DNA of 63,989 nucleotides, the filler included, from an uncultured bacterium (GTDB lineage Bacteria > CAYJOG01): assembly GCA_964371695.1 (NCBI GenBank). It is 22 parts of 22 records of this genome, joined end to end, with 100 filler letters (N's around TTAATTAATTAA, not from the genome) between each part and the next. Parts side by side here need not be neighbours in the genome. Positions count along the whole stretch, not along the records: positions 1 to 2,939 come from CAYJOG010000442.1; positions 3,040 to 5,958 come from CAYJOG010000443.1; positions 6,059 to 8,951 come from CAYJOG010000444.1; positions 9,052 to 11,933 come from CAYJOG010000445.1; positions 12,034 to 14,904 come from CAYJOG010000446.1; 17 more parts are not named here. The stretch is one strand, 5' to 3'. Each line of letters opens with the position of its first letter. Position 1 is the first letter of the stretch. A program made the position numbers and the translations under genes. The notes beneath the pieces are model-generated. The model saw nothing but the letters and a program-made list of their open reading frames with translations. It searched no databases and was not told where the DNA came from. Shown one piece after another: positions 1 to 12,364 of this stretch.

Positions 1-1590
1 GCGCATGAGCGGGTGACGGGCGTTCAGAAAACCCAAAAAAGGCAGCAGCAGCAGGCTGAGGGCGGGATTGTCGCCCGCCACCGCCCTGCCCTGAAACAGC
101 ACTTCTCCCAACACACTGCCCCTGGCCTGCGGCACGGTGAACCGGCTGAGCAACGCCTGCCTGAAACGGGTGGCGTCCACCGGGGCCGGCAACCCCAGGT
201 GTCTCGAACAAATCATCAAAGTTTTGTGGACCAACACGTTCGCCATCAGGGAAATACCCCCGGGGAGCATATCATCACTGGCATTTAAAAAAGTCCTGTA
301 AAAGCCGCATTGTGGGTCTCTTTGTCGGCTTAGTACGTGCAAGAAACGCCGGGCATGGGCGGCTATCCATGGCTCGGCCCACAGGCTGTCATCACCGGTG
401 TGGTGGGCATAATCTTCTGCCGCCAGCAGCGGATAACACAACTGGTCCAGTTCAAAACCGTCATACAGCACCGAGCCATCCAGCCACAACGCGTGGCGGG
501 CGGCGTTTTCGCCATAGCGGGTAAACACCAGTTCCAGATGCCGCCGGGCGGTGGCGGGGCACTGGCGGGTGGTGGCGGGCAGTGTCCACCAGCAGGCGTC
601 GCGGCACCAGAATGCCCCGCTCACGTAATAACGGGGGCTGCGGCTGGTGAGCAGCACCTCTTCGTTGCGGTCCACACAAAAAGCGCTGGTATACAACCGG
701 CCAAACAGGGCGTGGCGGCGGATGGTCTCTTCTTCCTGCGTCTGGGCCGGGGGGTGAATGCGATCCAGTTGCTGGCGCGTGGCCGACTGCAACGCCGCGC
801 CCCCCAGACGGGCCAGATGCATCGCCGCCAGCGAGGCCGCCTCGGACTGTTCCCCCACGCCAATGGGAACCCAGGTGAGCGGCCCGTTCAGCCGCAGGCG
901 CACGGTGAGGCACACCTGGCCATCCTGTCTGGCCCAGAAGCCGTCCTGCGCCGACCCCGCCCGCAGCGCCAGCCCCACACCTGGGCCGTCCATGCGCCAA
1001 CTGCCCGTCCAGGGACACCAGAAGGGATTCTCCGGCCCCGGTGCGGGGCGCGGGCGAAACACCACCCGATCGGTCACACCCCACCGCAGGCGAATTTCCA
1101 GCACCTGGCCCTGCCCCCCCGTCACCAGCAGGCCGAAACCCATGGCCTCGCGGGGGTCTTCGGTCAGGGGGCACAACAGGCGCACCGAAACCCCTCCCTC
1201 GTAGTGATACGAAGGAATCCACTGGTCATCCAGCGACGTGTTGAAGGGCACAAACAGGCGGTTGGAGTGGTGGTCCTCCAGCAACGTGGCCGAGAGAAAC
1301 GGCTCGCCGGGTGTGCCTGCCCGCAACACCAGACTGGCCCGCTCGCGCCAACTGATGAGCGCCAGCGAGTCTGCATGGGGGCGCTGGGGGTTCACCTCTG
1401 GCAGGGCCGCCACACCCCCCGCCGTGGCCCACACCGGCGGCCCCGGCGGGGGCGGCGGACTGGGCGTGAGCAGGCTGGGCAAGGGCGCGCCCTGGGCGGG
1501 GCGCAGCGGCGTGTTCTGAAATCGCAGTAGTGGGTCCGACAGCGCGCCAACCCCTGGTTTCAGTCCCCGCGATTTTTTTTGCGGGGCCAT
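1..1590 (-). CDS. Six-hairpin glycosidase, GH125 (metal-independent alpha-mannosidase)-like; 3' end runs off the window
   Basis: Not in the ORF track. Manual translation gives an open frame from ATG 1590 (6 nt after the gap stop) to position 1, with TSRSPRYYVSGAFWCRD, DGSVLYDGFELDQ, YRTFLNASDD and DNPALSLLLLPFLGF. The + ORF 337..1530 is its antisense shadow. Confidence 0.7.
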   Translation of the reverse strand, partial: MAPQKKSRGLKPGVGALSDPLLRFQNTPLRPAQGAPLPSLLTPSPPPPPGPPVWATAGGVAALPEVNPQRPHADSLALISWRERASLVLRAGTPGEPFLSATLLEDHHSNRLFVPFNTSLDDQWIPSYHYEGGVSVRLLCPLTEDPREAMGFGLLVTGGQGQVLEIRLRWGVTDRVVFRPRPAPGPENPFWCPWTGSWRMDGPGVGLALRAGSAQDGFWARQDGQVCLTVRLRLNGPLTWVPIGVGEQSEAASLAAMHLARLGGAALQSATRQQLDRIHPPAQTQEEETIRRHALFGRLYTSAFCVDRNEEVLLTSRSPRYYVSGAFWCRDACWWTLPATTRQCPATARRHLELVFTRYGENAARHALWLDGSVLYDGFELDQLCYPLLAAEDYAHHTGDDSLWAEPWIAAHARRFLHVLSRQRDPQCGFYRTFLNASDDMLPGGISLMANVLVHKTLMICSRHLGLPAPVDATRFRQALLSRFTVPQARGSVLGEVLFQGRAVAGDNPALSLLLLPFLGFLNARHPLMR

Positions 1591-1596
1591 GGGGAT

Positions 1597-2694
<1,098 letters not shown>

Positions 2695-2749
2695 TCAGGA
2701 AACTTTATGACCACTGGCCAGAGCGCGGCTGGTTACAATGCAGGTGTCA

Positions 2750-2822
<73 letters not shown>

Positions 2823-2939
2823 CCGTCTGTAGGGGAATAGAAAGCTGAAAACCTGGCTCATCCAGATGCTTCCCGTGCTCAACCAGCCTGGCCGGTGGGA
2901 TGAGAACCGAGCCAGCGGGTGTGCGGTGCACACCGAGGC

Positions 2940-3039
2940 NNNNNNNNNNNNNNNNNNNNNNNNNNNNNNNNNNNNNNNNNNNNTTAATTAATTAANNNNN
3001 NNNNNNNNNNNNNNNNNNNNNNNNNNNNNNNNNNNNNNN
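2940..3039. other. Artificial contig spacer (first of 21 in the window)
   Basis: N-run + TTAATTAATTAA (stops in all six frames) + N-run, recurring about every 2.9-3 kb up to 61475-61574; contig lengths decline gradually. Confidence 0.99.
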
Positions 3040-4311
<1,272 letters not shown>

Positions 4312-5181
4312 TTAGGCGAGGGCCTCGGCCCCGCCCACGATTTCGTTGATTTCCTTGGTGATGGCCGCTTGACGCGCCCGGTTGTAAGTCAGGGTGAGCG
4401 AACTGATCATGTCGCCCGCCGCCTCGGTGGCGCTGCGCATGCTCACCATGCGGGCGCCGTGTTCGCTGGCGAAACTCTCCGCCAGGCCGCTCACCATGAG
4501 CATCTTGATGTAGCGCGGCACGATGATTTCGAGGATGGTGGCAGGGTCGGGTTCGAAGATGAAATCCACCGTGTGGGTGGTGTCATGGTGTTCGCCCTCG
4601 GCGCGCGGGTGCAGGGGCAGCATCTGCACGGCGGTGGGCTCGTTCACCATGGCGCTGACGTATTGCGCATAAACGATGTCCACCTGATCCACTTTCCCAT
4701 CGGCGAAAAACCCCGCCACGCGCTCGGTCATGCCGCGGATGGTCCCTTCGCGCAGGGTCTGGTCCACGTTCGCAAACGTTTCGAGCACCGTGTAGCCCCG
4801 GCGGCGGAAATATTCCCGCGTGCGCCGACCCACGGCGATGATGACCACTTCCACACCCGCCGGATAGGTCTTGATGTACCGCTCGGCAAACTTGAACACG
4901 TTGGTGTTATAGGCTCCGCACAGGCCCTTGTCCGACGCCATCACCATCAACCCCAGGCGGCGCACATCGCGCACTGCGGTGAGGGGATGGTTGAGTTCCT
5001 CCACCTGATCGAGCAGGCGGCTGGTGGTGGCGAGCATTTCTTTGGCGTAGGGGCGCGTGGCCTCCAGCCGCTGGGCGGCGCGGCGCAGCTTGGCCGCCGA
5101 GACCATTTCCATGGCCTTCGTGATCTTCTGGGTGTTCTTCACCGACTTGATGCGCCGGCGGATCTCCCGTGAGGACGCCAT
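4312..5181 (-). CDS. atpG: F0F1 ATP synthase subunit gamma
   Basis: KITKAMEMVSAAK, DKGLCG, RQAAITKEINEIVGGA. Confidence 0.98.
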   Translation of the reverse strand: MASSREIRRRIKSVKNTQKITKAMEMVSAAKLRRAAQRLEATRPYAKEMLATTSRLLDQVEELNHPLTAVRDVRRLGLMVMASDKGLCGAYNTNVFKFAERYIKTYPAGVEVVIIAVGRRTREYFRRRGYTVLETFANVDQTLREGTIRGMTERVAGFFADGKVDQVDIVYAQYVSAMVNEPTAVQMLPLHPRAEGEHHDTTHTVDFIFEPDPATILEIIVPRYIKMLMVSGLAESFASEHGARMVSMRSATEAAGDMISSLTLTYNRARQAAITKEINEIVGGAEALA

Positions 5182-5184
5182 TTC

Positions 5185-5958
<774 letters not shown>

Positions 5959-6058
5959 NNNNNNNNNNNNNNNNNNNNNNNNNNNNNNNNNNNNNNNNNN
6001 NNTTAATTAATTAANNNNNNNNNNNNNNNNNNNNNNNNNNNNNNNNNNNNNNNNNNNN

Positions 6059-7017
6059 TTTTTGATGAGGCCGTTGAGAATGTTGCTGGCTTTCTCGGCC
6101 CGTGAAAAACCGGTGCTTTCGTCGAAGGGGTCGTGGCTCAGCACCAGCCAGCGATTGTGGTCCCGCGTGGCGATGAGGCCCACCACCTCGCCGCTCGGCA
6201 GTGCGCCCCCCTTGGGATAAAGCGTGATGCGGGGGGTGTATTGCCGGGCGGGGATGGAAACCTTGCGGTCTTTAAGAAACTGCTCGCTGGCCTGAATACG
6301 TTCGTCGGTGGGGGCGTGGGTGAAAAAATACTCTTTGCTAAAATTGGGCCGGTGGTTTTCTTCCACCTGCAGGCGGTCCATGAACGAAAGAAAACCGTTG
6401 ATGGGGGTTTTGCTGCTGATCAGATACTTCAGGCCCTGAATGTCCGCCTCGTTTTCGGCGCTGCGGCCATAACCCTGGAACATGGCCTGACCGGCGGCCC
6501 CCACGGCCTGAATCACCTGGGGATCGCGGCTGGCGATGATGGCCAGGATGGTGGTGATCATGCTGCGCATCTGGCGTTTGTAGATGCCCAGGCCGTGGCC
6601 CAGGTCCACGTGGGCCATTTCGTGGGCCAGCACGCCCTGCAATTCGTTGTCGTTGTCCAGAAAGTCCATCAGCCCCCGCGTGACATAAACCCAGCCGCCG
6701 GGCAGGGCCATGGCGTTGATTTCCTGTGTGTCCAGCACCTTGAACTTGTATTCGATGTCGGGCCGGTTGATGACCGCCTGCAAGGGGGCGGCAGCGCTCA
6801 ACATCCGCAGGTTCCAGGCGGGGCGGTCCACCACCCCATAAAACTCTTCGATAGCCACAGCGCTCTCTTTGCCCAGGGTGTTCTCTTTGGGTGTGGCCCC
6901 GGTGCCTTGGGGCATGGCCCCGGCGGTGTCAGTCAGCAGACAGAAACACAGACACAGCAGCCCCCACGCCCACCCCCAGGTGGTCCGTCGCGCTGTTCTG
7001 GTCCATGGCGATTTCAA
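6059..7017 (-). CDS. M48 family Zn metallopeptidase, secreted (3' truncated; start uncertain)
   Basis: INAMALPGG, HEMAH zinc motif, ENEAD, THAP. A TTG at 7017 gives a plausible signal peptide. Confidence 0.85.
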
Positions 7018-7699
7018 GGGTTCCTTGGCTTCCCCAATAAAAAAACGCTTCGCCCGGCGGGCCGTGTGCGAAGGTGGTGTTTTGATTGTAAAGCCGGTGT
7101 TCATGAATCGAAAGGGATTGAAGACTCTTTTTTAAGGTGTGCTGGTGTGTGATGGGGGTGATGAGGTTACCAAAATGATCCACGTCCACCACCTGGGCTA
7201 CAAGTTTGCCGCCGGTTTGGGTCACTTGGGTGAAGTCCGGCGGAGAGAAGTCCACCGGTGGCCAGTCCGAGGCCGTGATTTGTTGATTGAGCAACTGGCA
7301 GGCCAGGGGGGTGAGAATGTCCCGGCCATGAAAGGTGGCGCTTGTCTGGGTGCTCAGGGGTCCGACCTCTGCCCGCCGGGGTTGGGCCGCGAGGTGACAA
7401 AAACCCAGCAGGTGGGGGTGTGTGGCCAACACCTGCGCGCCGCCCGTGAGTTGTGCCCAGATCAGGGGCCTTTCGGTGCCCACATCGGGGTCCACCACAG
7501 CCACCACCACGGCGGCGGGGGGCAGCAGGGTTGCCACCGACCCCAGCCGCCAGGCCCCGGCGGCCAAGTTAAAAGGGGGGACCGAATGGGTGACATGGAG
7601 AATGGGCGTGGCCGGATTTTTCAGAAGTTGTCGCGCCGTCAGCTCCAACTGGGCGGCGTAAACGTCCACCGTGCCGTAATCCGTGAGAAAGGCCAGCAT
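6929..7699 (-). CDS. SAM hydroxide adenosyltransferase (DUF62, chlorinase/fluorinase family)
   Basis: FLTDYG, VVDPDVGTER, SATFHGRDI, VDHFGNLIT, LEIA motifs. Confidence 0.9.
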   Translation of the reverse strand: MLAFLTDYGTVDVYAAQLELTARQLLKNPATPILHVTHSVPPFNLAAGAWRLGSVATLLPPAAVVVAVVDPDVGTERPLIWAQLTGGAQVLATHPHLLGFCHLAAQPRRAEVGPLSTQTSATFHGRDILTPLACQLLNQQITASDWPPVDFSPPDFTQVTQTGGKLVAQVVDVDHFGNLITPITHQHTLKKSLQSLSIHEHRLYNQNTTFAHGPPGEAFFYWGSQGTLEIAMDQNSATDHLGVGVGAAVSVFLSAD

Positions 7700-7749
7700 G
7701 GCCCAAGAATAACGGCAAAGGGAAATGAGGAGATTGTTTTATTCCCGAC

Positions 7750-8016
7750 TCACACCAACTCGATCACCACGTCGCTTTTGGGGTGGCCCACGCAGGTCAG
7801 CACCCAGCCTTCGGCTTTTTCGTCACTGGTCAGGGCGTCGCCTTCGCTGTCGTCCACCTTGCCCGAAATCAGCTTCACTCGGCACGCGCTGCACACACCC
7901 GACTCACAGCCATAGTCCATGTCAATCCCCTCGTCGGCAGCCGCCTCCAGAATGGATTTGGTGTCAGGGACCGCGAATTTTTGTCCGGTGTTCTTGATGG
8001 TGACGGTGAAGGGCAT
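7750..8016 (-). CDS. Plant-type [2Fe-2S] ferredoxin
   Basis: CESGVCSAC ... LTC cysteine pattern, 88 aa. Confidence 0.95.
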   Translation of the reverse strand: MPFTVTIKNTGQKFAVPDTKSILEAAADEGIDMDYGCESGVCSACRVKLISGKVDDSEGDALTSDEKAEGWVLTCVGHPKSDVVIELV

Positions 8017-8089
8017 GGGGACGAGTCCTTTGGATTGAGGGTTTCTGGCCAGCGGATGATAGCGCGGTCTTGTTGCTTGGTAAAAAGTT

Positions 8090-8207
8090 GGCCTTGAAAA
8101 AGTCCGTCCTGGACTTTTTCAGGCCCCGCCCATCGGGGCAAAGCCCTTCGGGGCGGGCGAAAACCAGCGCTCATCTCGGTTTTCGGAGGCATTCCATCCG
8201 GGAATGC
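8090..8207 (+). repeat. Four-helix dispersed structured element, copy 1
   Basis: TGAAAAAGTCC-gtcct-GGACTTTTTCA / CCCGCCC..GGGC-AAA-GCCC..GGGCGGG / CGAAAACC..GGTTTTCG / GCATTCC-atccg-GGAATGC; followed by a ~20-bp inverted repeat pair 8209..8369. Confidence 0.8.
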
Positions 8208-8396
8208 ACGTCGCCCTGAAAAACGCAACCCACCCCAATCCCTTGATTTTTCACCCGGTTTTGCGGGGCTTTTGACGATCTCCCCAAAAACCCCGCAATT
8301 TCTGCACCCCTTTTTGGGCCCCCGAAGCCCCTTTTTCCTACCCTTTTTGCGTTTTTCAAGGGCGACGAAAAAAGTCCCCCGATATACTCCATCACT

Positions 8397-8951
8397 GTGG
8401 TGAAACCCCAGAAAATCCGTCGCATGGCCCTCATGGTGCATCCGGCCAAGCCCCAGGTGGCCCCGGTGGCGCGGCGGCTGGTGCAGCTGGCCCAGGCGCA
8501 GGGTGTGACGGTGAGTGGTGTTTCGGTGGAAACCTCAGAGTTGCAGGCCGCCAGCCAGCGGTTGATGAAGTCTCTGGGGCTGGAATGCCGGACGCTTTCT
8601 GGAAAATCCGCGCCCCAGGTGCTGGTGGTGCTGGGGGGAGACGGCACGCTGCTTTCGGCGGCGCGCCTGGCTCGTAGAACCCGCACCCCCATTGTGGGCG
8701 TGAACATGGGTTATCTGGGGTTTCTCACCGAGATTCACCCCAAGGCGCTGGCCGTTGAGTTTGCCCGACTGGTGGCAGGGGATTACTGGCTGGAGCCCCG
8801 CCTGATGCTGGAGGTGACGATACGCCCCGCCAAGGGCGCGGCCCTGCGGTTGGTGGCCATGAACGACGCCGTGCTCAGCCATGGTGCGCTGGCCCGCGCC
8901 GAGCATTACGCCACGGTGGTGGATGACGTGCCCGTGATGGAGGTGTTGTGC
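8397..8951 (+). CDS. nadK: NAD(+) kinase (3' truncated)
   Basis: LGGDGTLL, GVNMGYLGFLT, AMND motifs. Confidence 0.93.
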
Positions 8952-9076
8952 NNNNNNNNNNNNNNNNNNNNNNNNNNNNNNNNNNNNNNNNNNNNTTAAT
9001 TAATTAANNNNNNNNNNNNNNNNNNNNNNNNNNNNNNNNNNNNNNNNNNNNAACCTCCTGATTTTTCTTTTGATTA

Positions 9077-9136
9077 GTGCGCGGGGGGGACACCGCGCCT
9101 ACTCCTGTATGGATTCCCGCTTTCGCGGGAATGACG
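9077..9136. repeat. GTAG-type REP hairpin plus ATTCCC-N8-GGGAAT (dRS3-like) palindrome
   Basis: GCGCGG..CCGCGCCTAC followed by GGATTCCCGCTTTCGCGGGAATGAC. Confidence 0.75.
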
Positions 9137-9195
9137 CTGGATTTCCAAGGGGTTTTCAGGCAATTCACGCAGCGTTTCACCCAGTTGGACAGTTA

Positions 9196-11436
9196 CTACC
9201 CCAGCAACTCCGGGCGAAAGCGGCGGATCATGCGGTGCAGGCGTTCGGCGGTGATTTCCCTGGGGCAATAACCCAGCGTCTTGATGACACGGGCGAAGTG
9301 TTCCAAGCTGGTGGTGTCGGTTTCGCCCAAGCTGGAAAGGGGTTTGAACAGGCGGCCCAGATAGGCGAGCAGCCAGGGGGGCGGCTGCGGGGGAAAAAAC
9401 TCTGTCAGAGCCGGGGCGTCCAGCGCGCCCAGCGCGGCGCACAAGGCCTCCTGAGAAAACATCAGAGGGCCTTTGCCTTTTCTGGACAGCTCCGAAAGGT
9501 TTTCCGCCGCCACCGCCAGCGCCTTGAGCCAGCGGGTGAGCAAACGGCGCGTGGCCTCGGGCGAGGTGAGGCGCGCCTGCTCCATGGTGGCCGACACAAA
9601 CCCCGCCAGCAGGGCACGGTCCTGGTCCAGAGCCGCCAGCGGGGCTTCTCCCCGTGCGCCCATCAGGCCCGCCACGGCTTTTTCCAGCGGTTCTTCTCCC
9701 AGCCCCTCCGCCAGCGCCAGCAGGCAGTCCCGACTGAGCGCGATGTCTCCCAGCCGCGTGGCCTGGGCGGCGTTCAGCACCTGTTCCAGCAACACACGTG
9801 TCAGCACCAGCAAGCGGGTTTCGCCGGGGGCCGCGCCGGGGGCGTCTTCGTTCAACACTGTGTTTGCCAGCGCCTCGGTCAACGGTTCGGTGCGGCCTTT
9901 TTCATAAAGCGTCTGCAGGGTGGTGGCGGCATCGAAATGTTTGTCAGCGAGCAACGACCACGCGCTCATCACCTGGGCGATGTCCTCTGCCGCGCCAAAG
10001 CTGCCCAGATTGGTGCCGTCGAGGTCCACAATCTTGTCTTCCAGCGGCAGTTGCGACAGGCTCAGTTCCAGGCCGCTGCTGGCCACGCGCTCGCGCACCT
10101 GCACAGTGGCCAGTTCCAGCACCTTCTGGTGTTTGAGTTGTTCCAGCAGCAGTTCGTTGGTGCTGGTGCGGCTGGTGTGGCCCGTGGGCAGACCCGGTTT
10201 GAGCTGGTCAAAAAGTTCGGCATATCCCGCAAGCTGGCCGGTTTTGGGGTTGAGGATGCGGGGGTTTTCCAGCAGTTTGTGCGCGAGCGCCCCCTGGCCC
10301 GGAAAAAGCGAATCGGTGAGTTTGCGCAAAAAAAGCTGCTTGTTGGGTGAGCCATCCTTGAGCTGGTAATCGCGGGTGAAAGTCACCTGGCGCTCTGAGC
10401 GCGTGAGCATGGGGGCCTGACTTTTGAGAATCAGGCGAATCTCGAAGGGGCCTTCCTCTACCAGCCGCCGCTGAATCTGGTGCCCCAGCAGGGCGCGGGA
10501 CTTGCGGGCGGCAGCCAGGGTTTTGTCGCCGCTGGACTGGTTGACCAGAAACGTGGTGAGCGGCTCGGCGTTGGCCAGCACGTCTTTGCTCTGACCCAGC
10601 CCCCCCTGTTCCAGCAACTGGCGCACACGGGTGCCCAGCGCCCCCGCCAGGCCAAAGGCGGCGCACACACTGGCGGCGGCCAGGGCAAGCACGTCCTTGT
10701 CCCCCTGTTTGGCTTCTTCAAACAGGGTTTTTTTGAGAGCCATTTCGGGCACGTGGTTGTCGTCGGCTTCGGCAGAGGCGGCCTCTGTGGCCGCCACAAG
10801 CGCCCCGCTGGAAACCAGCAGCGCCACCCGTTGACGGCCAATGGCCCGCACCAACGAGGCGGCGGGCAGGGGCCGCTCTCCCAGCCAGCGCGCCCCCAGG
10901 CAGGTGTGCAGGTGTTCCTGCAGCGCTTCATCCATAAAAAACCTGCCCCGCAGGGGGCGTTCCAGCACCTGCAACACCATGGCGGCCAGTTGATCTGGCC
11001 CCGGGGCCTTGCTGCGGATGGCCCCCAGCACCGCCGGGGCCATTTTCAGCTTGGGGGGCAACGAGGGATCAGGCAGGTGGTCCTTCCAGCGCGCCAGGGG
11101 CAGGGACACGAACAGGTTGGGCAGGCTGATGAAGCCGCTTTCCAGGTCCAGCACCGTGGTGTCGGTGGCGATGGCCATCAGGTCGCGCCGGGCCACGCGG
11201 GCCAGCTCCTCGCGCTCCGGGCCGGAAAGGCCCAGAAAACTTTCGCCAAAGGCCCGCGCAAGCAGGGCGCAGAGCGCGTCGGGGTCCAGGCCCTGGGCAT
11301 CGGGCAGTTTCAGCAGGTCGTCCGAAAGGGTCAGGCTGGCGTTCAGGCACACCCGCAGAAAATCAGCCAGATCAAAAAGACCCGTTTCAAGCGCCTTCAC
11401 GGCGCTGGAAAGCTCCAGCTTGGTCGCCAAAGTCAC
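9196..11436 (-). CDS. Large alpha-helical hypothetical protein (746 aa), possibly with a degenerate HDOD-like segment
   Basis: Long ORF with genome-typical codon usage, Leu/Ala rich; no confident family. Confidence 0.7.
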   Translation of the reverse strand: MTLATKLELSSAVKALETGLFDLADFLRVCLNASLTLSDDLLKLPDAQGLDPDALCALLARAFGESFLGLSGPEREELARVARRDLMAIATDTTVLDLESGFISLPNLFVSLPLARWKDHLPDPSLPPKLKMAPAVLGAIRSKAPGPDQLAAMVLQVLERPLRGRFFMDEALQEHLHTCLGARWLGERPLPAASLVRAIGRQRVALLVSSGALVAATEAASAEADDNHVPEMALKKTLFEEAKQGDKDVLALAAASVCAAFGLAGALGTRVRQLLEQGGLGQSKDVLANAEPLTTFLVNQSSGDKTLAAARKSRALLGHQIQRRLVEEGPFEIRLILKSQAPMLTRSERQVTFTRDYQLKDGSPNKQLFLRKLTDSLFPGQGALAHKLLENPRILNPKTGQLAGYAELFDQLKPGLPTGHTSRTSTNELLLEQLKHQKVLELATVQVRERVASSGLELSLSQLPLEDKIVDLDGTNLGSFGAAEDIAQVMSAWSLLADKHFDAATTLQTLYEKGRTEPLTEALANTVLNEDAPGAAPGETRLLVLTRVLLEQVLNAAQATRLGDIALSRDCLLALAEGLGEEPLEKAVAGLMGARGEAPLAALDQDRALLAGFVSATMEQARLTSPEATRRLLTRWLKALAVAAENLSELSRKGKGPLMFSQEALCAALGALDAPALTEFFPPQPPPWLLAYLGRLFKPLSSLGETDTTSLEHFARVIKTLGYCPREITAERLHRMIRRFRPELLG

Positions 11437-11604
11437 CTGCTCTCACGTAGTTCGGGAAAAACCAACCCCATAAGGTTAGCTGAAAATTATGGATGAATGT
11501 AAGCATCGGGTGAACCCGGTTCTGGCCAGAACCAAAGTCGTCACAGGGTGTTGGCCAACACGCCGATAAAGCGGTTCCGGCTTTTTTGAATTTATACTCC
11601 GGCC

Positions 11605-11844
11605 ATGACCTTTGTCCTCACCCTTGCCGACCTGGGCGAAGAAACCGAAAAACTGCTGGTGGTGGAGTGGTTTCTGAGCGAGGGCATGGTGGTGAACAAG
11701 GGCCAGGACCTGCTGGACGTGGAGACAGACAAGGCAGCCCTGACGGTGCCCAGCCCCGTGACCGGCACCCTGCGGCGGGTGCTGGTGGGTGAGGGTGAGG
11801 AAATTCTGCGGGACACGCCGCTGTGTGAAATCGTGCTGGGGTGA
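11605..11844 (+). CDS. Stand-alone biotin/lipoyl-attachment domain protein
   Basis: 79 aa; VVEW...GQDLLDVETDKAALTVPSP lipoyl motif. Confidence 0.88.
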   Translation: MTFVLTLADLGEETEKLLVVEWFLSEGMVVNKGQDLLDVETDKAALTVPSPVTGTLRRVLVGEGEEILRDTPLCEIVLG

Positions 11845-11881
11845 GTAACCATCAGAGAAAATCAAGGCGTAGGTGTGGTGT

Positions 11882-11933
11882 CCATTGCTGTCAGGTTTAT
11901 TGGTAGCCCCGGCGTCCCGCCGGGAGCAAAAAA
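11882..11933 (+). repeat. CATTGC-ended MITE end with GTAG REP; identical 52-nt copies (inverted) at 15054..15105 and 35575..35626
   Basis: CCATTGCTGTCAGGTTTATTGGTAGCCCCGGCGTCCCGCCGGGAGCAAAAAA; related copies at 35162..35370 and 49874..49968. Confidence 0.9.
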
Positions 11934-12033
11934 NNNNNNNNNNNNNNNNNNNNNNNNNNNNNNNNNNNNNNNNNNNNTTAATTAATTAANNNNNNNNNNN
12001 NNNNNNNNNNNNNNNNNNNNNNNNNNNNNNNNN

Positions 12034-12098
12034 CCCTGAGGGAGAGGGCAAGAAAAAAAACTCTTCTTGCGTCCACATCTACTCTGAAAATGCGCTAA
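12034..12098 (-). repeat. TAGAGC-ended MITE carrying a CCCTCTCCC..GGGAGAGGG hairpin
   Basis: Near-identical to 32781..32850, 61595..61663 and 63914..63989; related to 38294..38392 and 47192..47262. Confidence 0.85.
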
Positions 12099-12141
12099 CA
12101 GGCCAACAAAAGCCGTGTTGAATTCAAGACGGAACAGAGGA

Positions 12142-12175
12142 CAAAAAAAACGCCCCCTGTTTTCAGGGGGCGTTT
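12142..12175 (-). terminator. Rho-independent terminator downstream of etfA
   Basis: AAACGCCCCCTG-AAAA-CAGGGGGCG followed by a T8 tract on the - strand. Confidence 0.75.
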
Positions 12176-12217
12176 GTGTACGCACGATAAAAAGCCGGGG
12201 ATTAACCCTTGAAACCT

Positions 12218-12337
12218 GTTTATAAAGTCCGTCCTGGACTTTATAAACCCCCGCCGGCGGGGACAAAGTCCCCTTGACGGGCAAAAACCTCAGTGTTTTT
12301 AACACTTCGGCTTTTGGAGCGGGCCATCCAGGCCCGC
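12218..12337 (+). repeat. Four-helix dispersed structured element, copy 2
   Basis: GTTTATAAAGTCC-gtcct-GGACTTTATAAAC / CCCGCC..GGGGAC-AAA-GTCCCC..GACGGG / CAAAAACC..AGTGTT-AACACT..GGCTTTTG / GCGGGCC-atcca-GGCCCGC. Confidence 0.85.
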
Positions 12338-12364
12338 AAGAACGCCTGACAAAAAAGATTTTTG

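Noticed and set aside
2823-2939. Possible integrated element at the tRNA 3' end
   Set aside because: Only ~115 nt before the contig ends; no integrase or att duplication visible.
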